A DNA stretch of 64,000 nt. It comes from Octopus vulgaris. Lineage: Eukaryota. Positions 12,750 to 26,009 of the stretch are shown here, piece by piece. The stretch spans positions 81,220,001 through 81,284,000 of the forward strand of contig OX597818.1 of NCBI GenBank assembly GCA_951406725.2, given 5' to 3'. Under the pieces are notes generated by a model. That model was not told where the DNA came from, made no database searches, and saw only the letters and a list, made by a program, of their open reading frames with translations. The position numbers were made by a program, and so were the translations under genes. Position 1 is the stretch's first letter. The number at the start of each line of letters is the position of its first letter.

Positions 12750-12750
<1 letters not shown>
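11312..12750 (-). mobile_element. 5'-truncated R4/Dong-type RLE LINE (lineage 1), decayed
   Basis: Post-RT motifs ILKTELNARNKI...LDRKI...MHHPKAD...GGRGL; zinc finger CRVC..ETIDHV..C; RHD motif; RPDII endonuclease motif; stop at ~11499; both ends join (AAT)n. Confidence 0.9.
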
Positions 12751-12813
<63 letters not shown>

Positions 12814-12814
12814 G

Positions 12815-13018
12815 AGGCGGCGAATTGGCAGAATCGTTAGCGCGCCGTGCAAAATGCTTGGCAGTCTTCACGCTCTGAGTGCAAATGCTACCGAGGTTGA
12901 CTTTGCTTTTCATTCTTTCGGGGTCGACAAATTAAGTACCAATGAAACACTGGGGCTGATGTAATTGACTAACTACCACCCCCAAAACTTCTGGCCTTGT
13001 GCCTTATGTAGAAAGGAT
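12815..13018 (+). mobile_element. SINE family A (tail type 1)
   Basis: AGGCGGCGAATTGGCAGAATCGTTAG...GGCCTTGTGCCTTATGTAGAAAGG. Confidence 0.85.
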
Positions 13019-13117
13019 TCTTCTTCTTCTTCTTCTTCTTCTTCTTCTTCTTCTTCTTCTTCTTCTTCTTCTTCTTCTTCTTCTTCTTCTTCTTCTTCTT
13101 CTTCTTCTTCTTCTCAT

Positions 13118-13164
<47 letters not shown>

Positions 13165-13190
13165 TAATAATAATAATTATTATTATTATT

Positions 13191-14012
13191 GCCCTTGCAC
13201 AGCTTCTAACGCTGGAGATATACTACGATGTCAGCTGTTCACTACCAGTGAACTAAGGTAACAACTCTAATTTTTCGAGCACCTCCCGCAGTATTCTGTT
13301 CCAAGCAGTGCTGTTGTCTGCAAGGGCTCCACTCTTAGTTCAGCCACTATTTGTTCCATTTACTGCTCGAGATTTTAACTCACTGTTCCTAGGGCTCCGA
13401 CAATTATTAGTACCACTACCACTTTTTCATCGACCACAACTGCTTTACCGCCCAAGCTAAGCTGTCATATCTATCGACTTTTGTTTCTTCCTTATCGCAT
13501 ACCTTGTTGTCGGTTGGGCATGCTATATCTATGATCCAGCATAGTTTGGTTTCTTTCTCAATTAAGACTATGTCTGGCTTCCTATTCTCTATCTCATGGT
13601 CGCACTGAATCATAAAATCCCACAGGATCTTTGCATTATCATTTTCGATGATGCCTTCGGGTTTTTGCTTTGTCAAGTCCATACTTGTTGCAAGGTGTCC
13701 AATAGATAAGCCTTGCTATATTGTCTTGTCGTCTCTTATATTCCTTCTGGGCTAGTGGCGAACATTGGTTGGTAATATGCAATACGGTTTCACAGATTCT
13801 GCACTTAGCACTTTCTGATGTGTTGTCTACTCTGTATTTTACGCAATTTCTTCTTAGTGCTTGCTCTTGGGCAGCACAGATTAGAGCCTCCGTTTCCGGT
13901 TTTAAATCACTTTTAATCATCCACAGCCATCGTTTTTATCTGTCTGTCTTATCTCCAACATCCCCATGGAATTGTTCATGCATTCTTTTCTTTACCCATC
14001 TATTTTCAGTTT
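13191..14012 (-). mobile_element. 5'-truncated R4/Dong-type RLE LINE (lineage 2), decayed
   Basis: ETEALICAAQEQAL; CRIC-ETVLHITNQC; KILWDFMIQCD...RKPDIVL...IIDIACP (PD-D nuclease). (AAT)n-type tracts at both ends. Confidence 0.9.
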
Positions 14013-14030
14013 CCATCATCATCATCATCA

Positions 14031-14151
<121 letters not shown>

Positions 14152-14153
14152 TT

Positions 14154-14457
<304 letters not shown>

Positions 14458-14463
14458 TTGTTG

Positions 14464-14554
<91 letters not shown>

Positions 14555-16206
14555 CATCATCATGATCATCATGATCATCATTACAGTTGCTGTTGTAGTT
14601 GTTTTCGTTGCTGTTACTGAAAACAAACCATAATTTTCGATCATAAACCAATATTTTCGTAATCACAACCAATTCCCAAACACTCGACTGACAGTGTAAC
14701 TCTACAGAGATTTATTGAAGCAGTCTTACTCTTATTTTTATTAAGTATTCCTTATAAGACAAAAAAAAGAAGATATTTCTCCTTGCATTTATGTTATTGT
14801 TGCTTTACTTTATTTTTTCCTTAGTGTTGTCATTTTTGTTATTATTGTTGCTAGCGATTTTAGCTATATTATTGATGTTGTTGTTGTTAGTGTGGCGAAG
14901 TTATGTAAAATTGACGTTGGCGTAAATTTTCTTTTTAGGAGCCAATAAATGTTAATTCGTAATTTTCCTTTCTCTACATATATGACTGTCGTGTGTATGT
15001 GATTGCGTGTATGCTGATACGTACGTACATACATACATACATACGTACGTACATACATACATACATACATACATACATACATACATACATACAAATATAC
15101 ATACATACAAATTTACATACATGCATACATACATACATAAATACATACACATATATAAATAACTATATATATGCATATATATACATATATATCTATGTGT
15201 AGATTTATATACGTATTCATATATGTACACACACAGAGTCTGTGCATGTGTGTGCGTGTGTGTGTGTGTGTGCATGCTTATACTGATGCTGATATATATT
15301 TATGTGTGTATTTGTACGTATAGGCATCTTTAACAGTTATATAGTTCATATATCACATTACATACATAAATGGATATATATATATAAATATATCTGTGTA
15401 TATACATATATAGGTATATATATATATGTATATATTTATAAGTATATATATGTATATATATATATAGATAGATAGATACATATATATATATATATATATC
15501 AACATACTTATGGTTAAAATTCTATGCGTTCAGACAACATACGTACTTGGCATGCATACATATAGATGTGTGTGGGTGTATATATATTTATATATATATT
15601 TATATATACACTCATATATATCCATATATATATAGATATCCATATATCTATGCATATACATACATACATATATGTATATATACATACATACCTGCATACA
15701 TATATATATGTATGTATATATGCATACATAAATATATGTATATACGCATTTAGATATATGTGTGTGTATGTGTGTGTGTGTGTGAATATATAAGATATAT
15801 CAATGCACTATGAAATTATAAACTCAAATATAAGACCCTGGAGATAGATAAACGTCAATGCATGAGCGTGTATGTGTGTGCATGAGTGGGTATGTGTGTG
15901 TATATTGACTCTTATATATACACTGACACAGACATATAATTGTGTGCATATATATACGTTTTTAGTAGCTTATGCTCACTGGTACATATATACCGATGTA
16001 TATGTACATGCAATGCATTCATACCTCCATGGTGGCTAGGGATAAATATATTTGTGTTGACTCCTATATATCTTTCGCTATATGTGCACACCCATTTATA
16101 TATATATTTTTTATATATTTATATATATTTTTGTTGTTGGCATCCTTTTTGTCTCGGGATATATATATATATATATATACATTCATACACACACATGTAT
16201 TTTTGC

Positions 16207-16250
<44 letters not shown>

Positions 16251-16600
16251 GTATATATATGTATGTATATATATGTGAATTTCCTATATACAGTATATAT
16301 TTATATTATGCCCACAAACTAATATATTTAAGCGTCAGCCAGTTTGGAACTTACGACCCATTACAACAACAGTGGCAACGACCACCGTCATCACAACAAA
16401 AACAACCCTAATCATTATCACCACCACCACCACCACTACCTCCACGAAAGTAAATCTTAAGGACAATGTATGCGATAATAAACAATTTTATTCCATAAAA
16501 TACCAATATAATCGCTTTATATATTTATTTATTTATTCATTCATTCTCCCACCCACTTACATTTCCTTAGTGTTCAAGAATTCTCTCTTTTTGTTGTATC

Positions 16601-16638
<38 letters not shown>

Positions 16639-16781
16639 AAATAGTCTTGTTTGTTTAGCTTAGTGTTTTTTTTTGCTTGCAGTTGTTGCGTCTAACTTCT
16701 GTTTATATTTTATCTTCAGCCTATCTCCTCCTTCATTCTCATATGTCCTATGTGGTCTTACTTCTCCTCTGCCATCACCCT

Positions 16782-16884
16782 TTCTTCTTCTTCTTCTTCT
16801 TCTTCTTCTTCTTCTTCTTCTTCTTCTTCTTCTTCTTCTTCTTCTTCTTCTTCTTCTTCTTCTTCTTCTTCTTCTTCTTCTTCA
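16782..16884. repeat. (TTC)n microsatellite
   Basis: Read directly. Confidence 0.95.
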
Positions 16885-16999
16885 TTCGGTGCACCACTTT
16901 TATTTATATCTCAAGGCAGTAATTATTATCAATGATTTTTAAAGAAAATGTGAGATCATTTCTGGAAATTCGGAATTATTTCTATGGTTGTGTGCTAAG

Positions 17000-17176
17000 A
17001 AGTGGTGGGTTCAGTCCCACTGCGTGGTACACTGGGTAAGAACTTTCTAGTGTAGTGTCGGGTCGATGTTGTTAGATGAAAGGTTAGAGAAGCATGTTGT
17101 CGATTGGTTCGATTAAACGCCTCAAGATAGTGTCTCAGTATGGCTGCCGTCCAATGATTGAAAGAAATAAAAAGAG
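17000..17176 (+). mobile_element. SINE family B, degenerate and internally deleted
   Basis: GGGTTCAGTCCCACTGCGTGG and CAGTATGGCTGCCGTCCAATGATTGAAA match family B. Confidence 0.6.
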
Positions 17177-17419
17177 GAGTAAAAACTGCCACTTGTTTGC
17201 AGGCAACGGGAGACAATTTGGGATCTTATGAGGAAAGTGTACTCCAGAACGTGTCCTGTAAGTTCACCGTCATCAATGTACCGCAAGAAAAGTTCACTGT
17301 CATCACTTCACCGTTTTTTCTTTCAATAAAATAGTTTTTAACTATTAATAGTGAGATACTATGAATATATTTTCTCGGTAAATTTTAGAAGTATTGGGGG
17401 TGATGTACAGATTTAATAC

Positions 17420-17707
17420 ATATGAAAGAAAAGGGCGTTCAGAATGCTGGATGGTTGTATATAAAAAATATATATGTATTTATTTACATATCACATATTA
17501 GTTCTTCAAAATCATATATTTAATTACATATTTTTTAAGCGCTTTCAACTACTACTGTACTGATGAGACTATAGCAGTAGTTGAAACCGCTTAAAAATAT
17601 GTAATTAAATATGTGATTTGAAGAAATAATATGTGATATGTAAATAAGTATATATATATTTTTTATATACAACCATCCAGCATTCTGAACGCCCTTTTCT
17701 TTCATAT
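17420..17707. repeat. ~290-bp near-perfect palindrome centred on a hammerhead core
   Basis: The two ~140-bp arms are reverse complements. CTGATGA at 17560-17566 lies in the loop. Confidence 0.9.
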
Positions 17708-17710
17708 ATA

Positions 17711-17890
17711 TATGGTTCAAATGTATAGAAAACCAAAGACAGAGACGGGTAAGGGAACAACAATCAGGTGTATTCGTTTGACGCTCGGGAAAAATGGAAA
17801 AGTTTTTGACGTTTCAAACTTACGCTCTTTGACAGAAAGGGATGAAACGAAAAAAGTGGAGAGAGGGGAAACTATAACGGAAAAGGTAAA
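17711..17890 (-). mobile_element. Penelope-type terminal fragment P1 with decayed hammerhead
   Basis: Minus strand reads CTGTCAAAGAGCGTAAGTTTGAAACGTC. Shares GACGCTCGGGAAAAATGGAA with 28571-28755. Confidence 0.65.
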
Positions 17891-18039
17891 AAACATGTGT
17901 CGGGATTAACGGCTCCACGTGACGAAAACAGTACCATATAAACATATAGAAGCATATAGAGGCCCAATGGGGTGCAATTTGTTCCTGACTGAAATTTTTT
18001 TTTTATCCCGTTCAAGCATTTGAGCGGTAATGTATGTAC

Positions 18040-18358
18040 ATTATAGGAAGTGAAAAGTTATGGTCGATCATGGAATGACCATTGGTTTTGCACCTATAAA
18101 CCACTTAGAATTATAGGAGACAAGTCAGACTCAAATTGCTGAAGGCGCACAAATACGTGGTTTGTGTTCTATAGCTGTACCGCCTGTTGTGCGCTTCTAC
18201 ACAATCTACTGTCTCTCATATACTAAGACTCTAGTTGTAGAGAGGTTATGCACCTTCATCCATTTGAGTCTGACGAGTCTCCTATATTACTAAGCGCGTT
18301 ATAAGTGCGAAGCCCATGCTCACTCTATGCCAGCAATAATTTTTAGCTTCCTAAAATA
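18040..18358. mobile_element. MITE-like fold-back element with ~115-bp imperfect inverted arms
   Basis: TATAGGAGACAAGTCAGACTCAAAT (~18112) is inverted at ~18261 (ATTTGAGTCTGACGAGTCTCCTATA). Similarity extends outward to TAGGAAG/CTTCCTA. Confidence 0.7.
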
Positions 18359-18399
18359 CACACACACACACACACACATACACACACACACATAAACAT

Positions 18400-18625
18400 G
18401 TGTGTGTGTGTGTGTGTTTGTCTTTGTCCCCGCTCCTTGACAACAGATGTTAGTGTGTTTACATTCCAGTAACCTACCGGTTGCCCAAAGTGACCGAGTG
18501 AATAAGTACTAGCCTTAAAAAATAAAAATTAAAAAATAGAAACGACTAATATTCGTTGACTAAAATTATACAATGTGGCATCCCAGCATGGTCGTAGGCT
18601 AATAACTAAAAGAAATAAAATATAA
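18400..18625 (+). mobile_element. SINE family B, 3' half
   Basis: CTTGACAAC...GAATAAGTACTAG...CCAGCATGG. Confidence 0.7.
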
Positions 18626-18629
18626 AACA

Positions 18630-18676
<47 letters not shown>

Positions 18677-18719
18677 ATATCTATCTATGCATATATATAT
18701 ATATATATATATCTATATA

Positions 18720-18788
<69 letters not shown>

Positions 18789-19194
18789 TGAGGTGGTTGA
18801 TGTTATTACATTGATTATGATTAGAGGAAATAGAAATAATTCAATTGTGAAAGTTGAATGGAATAAATATATACTGAAAACTGAGGCTGCGGGAGACGCT
18901 TCTCGGAATTTCCCAAATCTCAGACGGCTGAGCAGGAGTTGTTTGAAGTCTATATACCCAGAGTGGTTCGAACTGTTCGGCTTCCGCCGAAAACAACTCG
19001 TTTCTAAACTACTGGTCTCACAAGAGGACATGTTTACATGGAGAAAGCAGTATATAAGAACTACAAGTAAACCAATGGCAGTAGATAAATATCCATGTAT
19101 GTATGTATGTATGTATGTATGTATGTATGTATGTATGTATGTATGTATGTATGTATGTATGTATGTATGTATGTATTATCTATCTATCTATATA

Positions 19195-19246
<52 letters not shown>

Positions 19247-19922
19247 TGCATGTATATTCACACACACACACAATGATATTATTATATAAATAGTAGTAAT
19301 AATAATAATAATAAAGTGGCCAGCAAGCTTATCCAATATAGTTAAATACACATAAAAATATATACCAGCTGTGCTAGAAACAAGAGTCAACTCTCCAAAG
19401 CTGCATTTTTATCACTATAAACAAAACACACACGGGTAATGTAGCGAATATAAAAAAAATAGCCCTAACCTTTGCAAAAAGACAAAGAAAAGAATAGTCA
19501 TCTCAGTATCAATTGATTTCACCTTTAGTGCCAAGCAGTTAGGATCATCTGCTGAGCTTACTGCATATAACTATTTTTTCAAAATATATTCACTACACCG
19601 TGTGCACCAGTTTGTTTAAATACCCCTGCGACATTCAAAAACGAAAAAGGGTGAGTAAATAAAATTTATATATATGTATATATATATATATAGTACATGT
19701 GTGAGTAAACATACATATACACACACCGTTATACAAGATATTCATATATGCTTCTATAGGAGTAAATGTAAGGAGAAGTAAGTTAGGCCAGTCGATACAC
19801 AAAAAATGTTAAATGCATTTAATGCAAAAACAATGTACCTATGTTTACGTATAAAAATGTCCGATTTACACAGAATAGAAATTATATCAGGAACTAAAGG
19901 GGTTGAATAAGAGTCTTACGAG

Positions 19923-20013
19923 TCCAACAGCTGTTTCTGGGTGCTTGGTAGTCCAAAATAATGATTGTAAATTGAGTCCATTATCGGATAATACCAGCCT
20001 CCGTCTTCAGGGA
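19923..20013 (-). ncRNA. Putative type I hammerhead ribozyme with long stem II
   Basis: TCC-CTGAAGA-...-GAAA-CAGCTG-TT-GGA. Palindromic stem III ACAGCTGT. Stem I is only 3 bp. Confidence 0.5.
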
Positions 20014-20416
20014 AGAATTTTACATTTGAGATGTTGGCAGAATGGTGTTTTAAGATGGAATAATTTTGTGGAGAACTATGTGTATTAGAAAGAGAAGTTG
20101 GGTGGGGGTAATTAAGGTAGGGAGTAGCGGGAGGAGAAAATAAATTTCAGGGTTAGGTTTAATAATGAGGCTAGTGATAGTAGTAGAAGTGGGAGGAAGA
20201 GGGAAGAGTGGTTTAGGTAGTGACCTTTATGTTAATTTGTATGAAGGCTATAGAGTTAATTAATGAGATCAGATTATCTAACAGTATAATCCGTAGAAAT
20301 ACAGTGTACATTCATCTGAACACTTCCCAGAAATCTTAAAAGAAACTAACGAAGCCGGTATCACCAACTTAGACAAAGAATGTCTGTTTAGTAACGTTTC
20401 ACTGTTAGATATAATA

Positions 20417-20627
20417 TTTTTTACTCTAGGCACAAGGTCCGAAAGTTTTGGGGAGGGGGCCAATCGATTACATCGACTCCAGTACGCAAGTGGTACTTTA
20501 TTTATCGACCCCAAAAGGATGAAAGACAAAGTCGACCAGGGTGGAGTTTAAACTCAGAACGCAAAGACAGACGAAATACCGCTAAACATTTCACCCGGGG
20601 GCTAACGTTTCTGCCAGCTCGCCGCCT
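20417..20627 (-). mobile_element. SINE family A, full length, with target-site duplication
   Basis: Flanks TCACTGTTAGATATAATA (20399-20416) and TCATTGTTAGATCTAATA (20629-20646). Confidence 0.9.
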
Positions 20628-20801
20628 ATCATTGTTAGATCTAATAGAAACCATAATAAAAATATACAACCAACCAATAATAAAACCATCTACTTAACTC
20701 CTTTACATACAAACGTTCACGTTGGCGTGTGAAAACTTTATTTTCTAACTGTTGTATATATGTGATTATAGAATAATAGGAGTTCAATCAAAAGTACTAT
20801 A

Positions 20802-20864
<63 letters not shown>

Positions 20865-21549
20865 TGCATACACTCACATATATAAACATATAAATATATA
20901 CATATATCTATATACACATATACACATAGACACATACATATGTATACATTCATAAATATATGCATGCTTATATATACATATATATGCATATATATACACA
21001 CATATTTATACGCATATATATACACATACATATACATACACACACATATATATACATACATATTATTTATAAACAATCATCCATAATGCCTCAAAATAAA
21101 ATTTCCTCTGTATTAACTTCTTAGGTTTCTTAGCATCTTGCCCCTTTAACTGGTAATTAACCTCATGATTTAAAGACTTACCGTATCCAGCCTCTTTTTA
21201 TAGACAGTTACTTATATCCAATTCACTACTCCTAATATCTTCCTTCCTCCCCGAGGAAAAGGGATGTCTATGATAATATATATGACCATATCTAGCTGTC
21301 AACTCACTCTTGTTCTTTATTCAAAATAGACAGTCTTCTAGTCTTAGATTTAGTAGTTAATACAGGGATAAGTGAATTAGAAATGAATTTCAATCCCTTA
21401 CAACACTATGACCCCAATAGACTTCTTGCAATTCATGAAAGTATAGTCTATGCGACAGCATCAATTTCTTCCATCTTCGTGCCCACTTAAAATATTTGAG
21501 AAAAATTATATTAATGTGTCCTAGTTGTTAAAATTCTGTTTTTTTATTT

Positions 21550-21637
21550 GTGCAGCTGAAGATGACTCTGCATTTAAACTGATGTAATGATTGCATTGTT
21601 CAATTAAATGGAGCCGCTTGAAACGGTCGTACTGCAT
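21550..21637 (+). ncRNA. Putative type I hammerhead ribozyme with long stem II
   Basis: GTGCAG-CTGAAGA-TGACTC...GAGCCG-CTT-GAAA-CGGTCG-TA-CTGCAT. Stem I is TGCAG/CTGCA. Confidence 0.55.
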
Positions 21638-21915
21638 CACTACTTGATATCCTGTTGCTTATTTTGAATTTATTCACCTTACTTCGAGCTGTGCGAATTA
21701 AACTAGACTAACTTGGTGCTTCAACTTAAGTACTTAATTCAACTGAATCTCAATTATTTCTTATATATATACACACATATATAAACGTATATAGATACAC
21801 ACACATATATATATATACGATATACATACATATACACATATATATATATATATCTACGTGTGTGTATGTGTGTACATAGTTGTATATATATATATATATA
21901 TATAGTTTCACTATG

Positions 21916-21958
<43 letters not shown>

Positions 21959-21980
21959 TTTCACTATGTATATATATATA

Positions 21981-22042
<62 letters not shown>

Positions 22043-22179
22043 GTGAAACTCTTAAAAGAGAAGGATTAAAGTGAAACTATTTATAACTTACTCCATCGAA
22101 GATTTCACTTTTACTCTCCGAGTTTCGAGACCTAATACGGAACCAGTACCAATGCTGCATTGTTTCAATAAAAAAAATT

Positions 22180-22282
22180 ACATGATGACACTCCCGCGGT
22201 CTCATAGTATTACCAAGTAAAATTTGATCTGATTAGGTTGAGCCGTTTGAGAATGCATTGAGAACAGACAGAGATACAAAGG

Positions 22283-22290
<8 letters not shown>
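22180..22290 (+). mobile_element. Possible non-autonomous Helitron/Helentron 3' end
   Basis: AAAATTTGATCTGATTAGGTTGAGCCGTTTG...ACAGACAGA...ATTATATA resembles recalled Lep1/DINE-like ends. Confidence 0.35.
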
Positions 22291-22324
<34 letters not shown>

Positions 22325-22332
22325 TAAATAAA

Positions 22333-22560
22333 TGCGCCCTTTTTAAAGCCTAGCGAGGCTCATAGGCCCGGTTTCCCGGCTTCTATGGTGTAAGTGTTCC
22401 CCAGCTGGACGGGACACCATCGCAGCGTTACTCATTTTTGCCACTTGAGTGGACTGGAGCAACGTGAAATGAAGTGTTTTGTCCAAGAATACAACGCGTC
22501 GCCCGGTACAGGAATCGAAACTACAACCTTACGTTCATGGTGCTGACACCCTAACCACTA
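22333..22560 (-). mobile_element. SINE family C, alternative 3' tail
   Basis: GTGGACTGGAGCAACGTGAAAT central domain and tRNA head. The tail differs from 4835 and resembles 55995. Confidence 0.75.
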
Positions 22561-22723
22561 TATATATATAACCACTATATATATATATAATGTCGCTCAT
22601 GTCTCTCGATATATTTATATAAATTCATACATTCATACATTCATACATTCATACATGCATGCATACATAAATGCGAAATCACGCACGCACACACACATGA
22701 GCATACATACATACATACATACA

Positions 22724-22757
<34 letters not shown>

Positions 22758-22958
22758 CATACATACATACATACATGAATCGAGAGATAGAGAGGAACTG
22801 AGATAGACAGAAAGAAATAGAGAAAGAGAGGGTGTTTGAGTGAAAGCCATACATATGTATAATCCCTAAGGATATGCCTTTTGTAACTACGAAAAACATT
22901 ATTTTAATTATCATATATCTGTTGCGTATCTACTGCTTCATAACGTTCTCCTATACAA

Positions 22959-23051
<93 letters not shown>

Positions 23052-23125
23052 GTCTATCTGTGTGGGTGTGTCTTTCTGTCTGCCTATCTGACTGTCTGAA
23101 TATCTATTTATTTATGTATCTGTAT

Positions 23126-23170
<45 letters not shown>

Positions 23171-23385
23171 TACACCTACACCCACACCTACAGACACAGA
23201 CACCCCCCCCACAGACACACACATGCACACACACACACACAAACACACACAAACACACATGTACATTCACATAGAGACTGATATGCGAATATAAATTCAT
23301 GTACATATACAAACACATATACGCACACACACGCATATGCATACATACACACACCGCACATACGCACTCGCATACTCACACGTGC

Positions 23386-23425
<40 letters not shown>

Positions 23426-23504
23426 CAGATTTGAATGTCGCTTCGACAAGAAATTTTCTGTCAGTATTACTAACGCCGAAAGATGGTATAAACTATAAGC
23501 TTAA

Positions 23505-24378
23505 AGCTGACACACACACACAAAATACTCATTCACAGACACACATGCACACACACACTCACACAAATACACACACGTACACACGCAAATGTACTCACAC
23601 AAATACACACATACACAGACAAATGCACTAACACAAATACATACGCACGTACACATACACACATGCACTTGCACAAATACATACACACATACGCATACAC
23701 ACACAAATGCACTCACACACACATAAACACATGCATATGCAATCGCACAAACATACGCACACACAAATGCACTCATACAAATACACACACACTTACATAC
23801 ACAAATGCACTCACACATACACATACATACAGATACAAATGCGCTCACACAAATACACACATACGCATAAACACACAAATGCGCTCACACGGATACACAT
23901 ACATACACACATACACAAAGGCACTCACACAAATGTACACACACATGCACATACACACACATACACACAAAATGTACTCACACAAATACACACACATATA
24001 CATACACACTCAAATGCACTCACACAAATACACACACACATGCACAAATACATTCACACAAATACACGCATACATACAAATACACACAAATATACACATG
24101 CACAAACACACACGCATAAATAAACACACGTATAAATACACATACACATACAAACACACACGCACAAATACACACAAACAGAAATACACACACAAATACA
24201 TACAGACACCCAAATACACATACACAAATACACACACACAAACACACACGCACAAATACTCACAACCACAAATACACACGCACACATACCCAAATACATA
24301 TACACAAATACACACACACAAATGCACACACATTCAGAATACACACATACACACACACATACACACACAAGCACATAA
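23505..24378. repeat. Cryptic CA-rich compound repeat (ACACAAATAC-like units)
   Basis: ~870 bp almost devoid of G. Generates the HT/VC pseudo-ORFs. Confidence 0.9.
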
Positions 24379-24714
24379 ACTAGAAGGGTATCAGAATGTG
24401 ACAAGCTACTCCAAGACGTGCTGGTTCTGTTGACAGAGAAATAATGCCTTGTTATACGGGTGTTATTCGGAAAGACAATCCAGAAGAGAAAATATCTTCC
24501 GCTTCATATGCAGCAAACCCACGCAGACGACAGCATATCGTCTTACAAATTCTTACGGATTACAAATTACTGGATTTCGTGATTTTATTTGAATTCATTG
24601 AAAGTGAAGAAATGGAACCGTTGGAATAACAACAACAAAACCAAAATGACAAATTCGGAGAATAATAATAAAAACAAACGCAAAAACAAACTCACATCAA
24701 CAAATAATCGACAT

Positions 24715-24780
<66 letters not shown>

Positions 24781-25309
24781 GATCACTATAACCATAACGA
24801 CGCTGCCGCCGCCGACGACGACGACAACCACCGCTTCCACCACTACTACTACCACCACCTCATCATCATCATCGTGGTTGTCTTTGTCGTCGTCGTCGTC
24901 GTCCTCCTCATTATAATTGTCATCTTCATTGTCGTCTTCATCATCGTTACAAGCACCATCACCATCACCACCAACTTCCCCACCGACCAATCATGTTCCT
25001 TATGATGATGATCATTATCGTCATCGTCGTTGTCATCGTCATCATCGCCATCACCAGCAGCCATCGCACTTCATCATTACCACCACCACCACCACCACCA
25101 ACGTGATATTTGGATATTTCCAAGGGTAGAATTCTTGTGTAGAAGAAATGGAAATACTATGAACACGAGGGAATATCTACCTAACTGTGATAAGGTGCAG
25201 GAAACTGTTACAGATGATGGGAGTTTTGGACGTTGAGGGTATAAAGTAGAAAACAAGGATTCCTCAGTAGAGAATATTTCCGATTATGAACTTCATTAGC
25301 CTACAGCTG

Positions 25310-25918
25310 TTTCTTATTTCTTTATTGCCCACAAGGGGCCAAACATAGAGGGGACAAACAAGGCCAGACAAATGGATTAAATCGATTACATCGACCCCAG
25401 TGCGTAACTGGCACTTAATTTATCGACCCCGAAAGAATGAAAGGCAAAGTCGACCTCGGCGGAATTTGAACTCAGAACGTAATAGCAGACGAAATGCCTG
25501 TTTCTTTATTACCCACAAGGGGCTAAACATAGAGGGGACAAACAATGACAGACAAACAGATTAAGTCGATTATATCGACACCAGTGCGTATCTGGCACTT
25601 AATTTATCGTCCCCGAAAGGATGAAAAGCAAAGTCGACCTCGGCGGAATTTGAACTCAGAACGTAATAGCAGACGAAATGCCTGTTTCTTTATTACCCAC
25701 AAGGGGCTAAACATAGAATGGGACGAACAAGGACAGACAAACAGATTAAGTCGATTATATCGACACCAGTGTGTAACTGGTACTTAATTTATCGTCCCCG
25801 AAAGGATGAAAAGCAAAGTCGACCTCGGCGGAATTTGGACTCAGAACGTAACGGCAGACGAAATACCGCTAAGCATTTCGCCCGGCGTGCTAACGTTTCT
25901 GCCAGCTCACCGCCTTGT
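25310..25918 (-). mobile_element. SINE family A trimer (tail type 2) inside one 10-bp TSD
   Basis: Three ~185-bp tandem units with a single head. CCTACAGCTG at 25300-25309 and 25919-25928. Confidence 0.9.
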
Positions 25919-26009
25919 CCTACAGCTGCTTCCGCCAAAAGATAAGGTGGGCTCAACGTTGAGTACCTGAGTACGAAGATGAAGTGCAATTTATTTGGCA
26001 AAATAAATA

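Noticed and set aside
21904-22080. TTTCACTATGTA / TACATAGTGAAA inverted motifs around (TA)n
   Set aside because: Short motifs, readily explained by local inversion or slippage in self-complementary TA tracts.
23663-24433. 256-aa His/Thr-rich ORF
   Set aside because: It derives from a CA-rich compound repeat.
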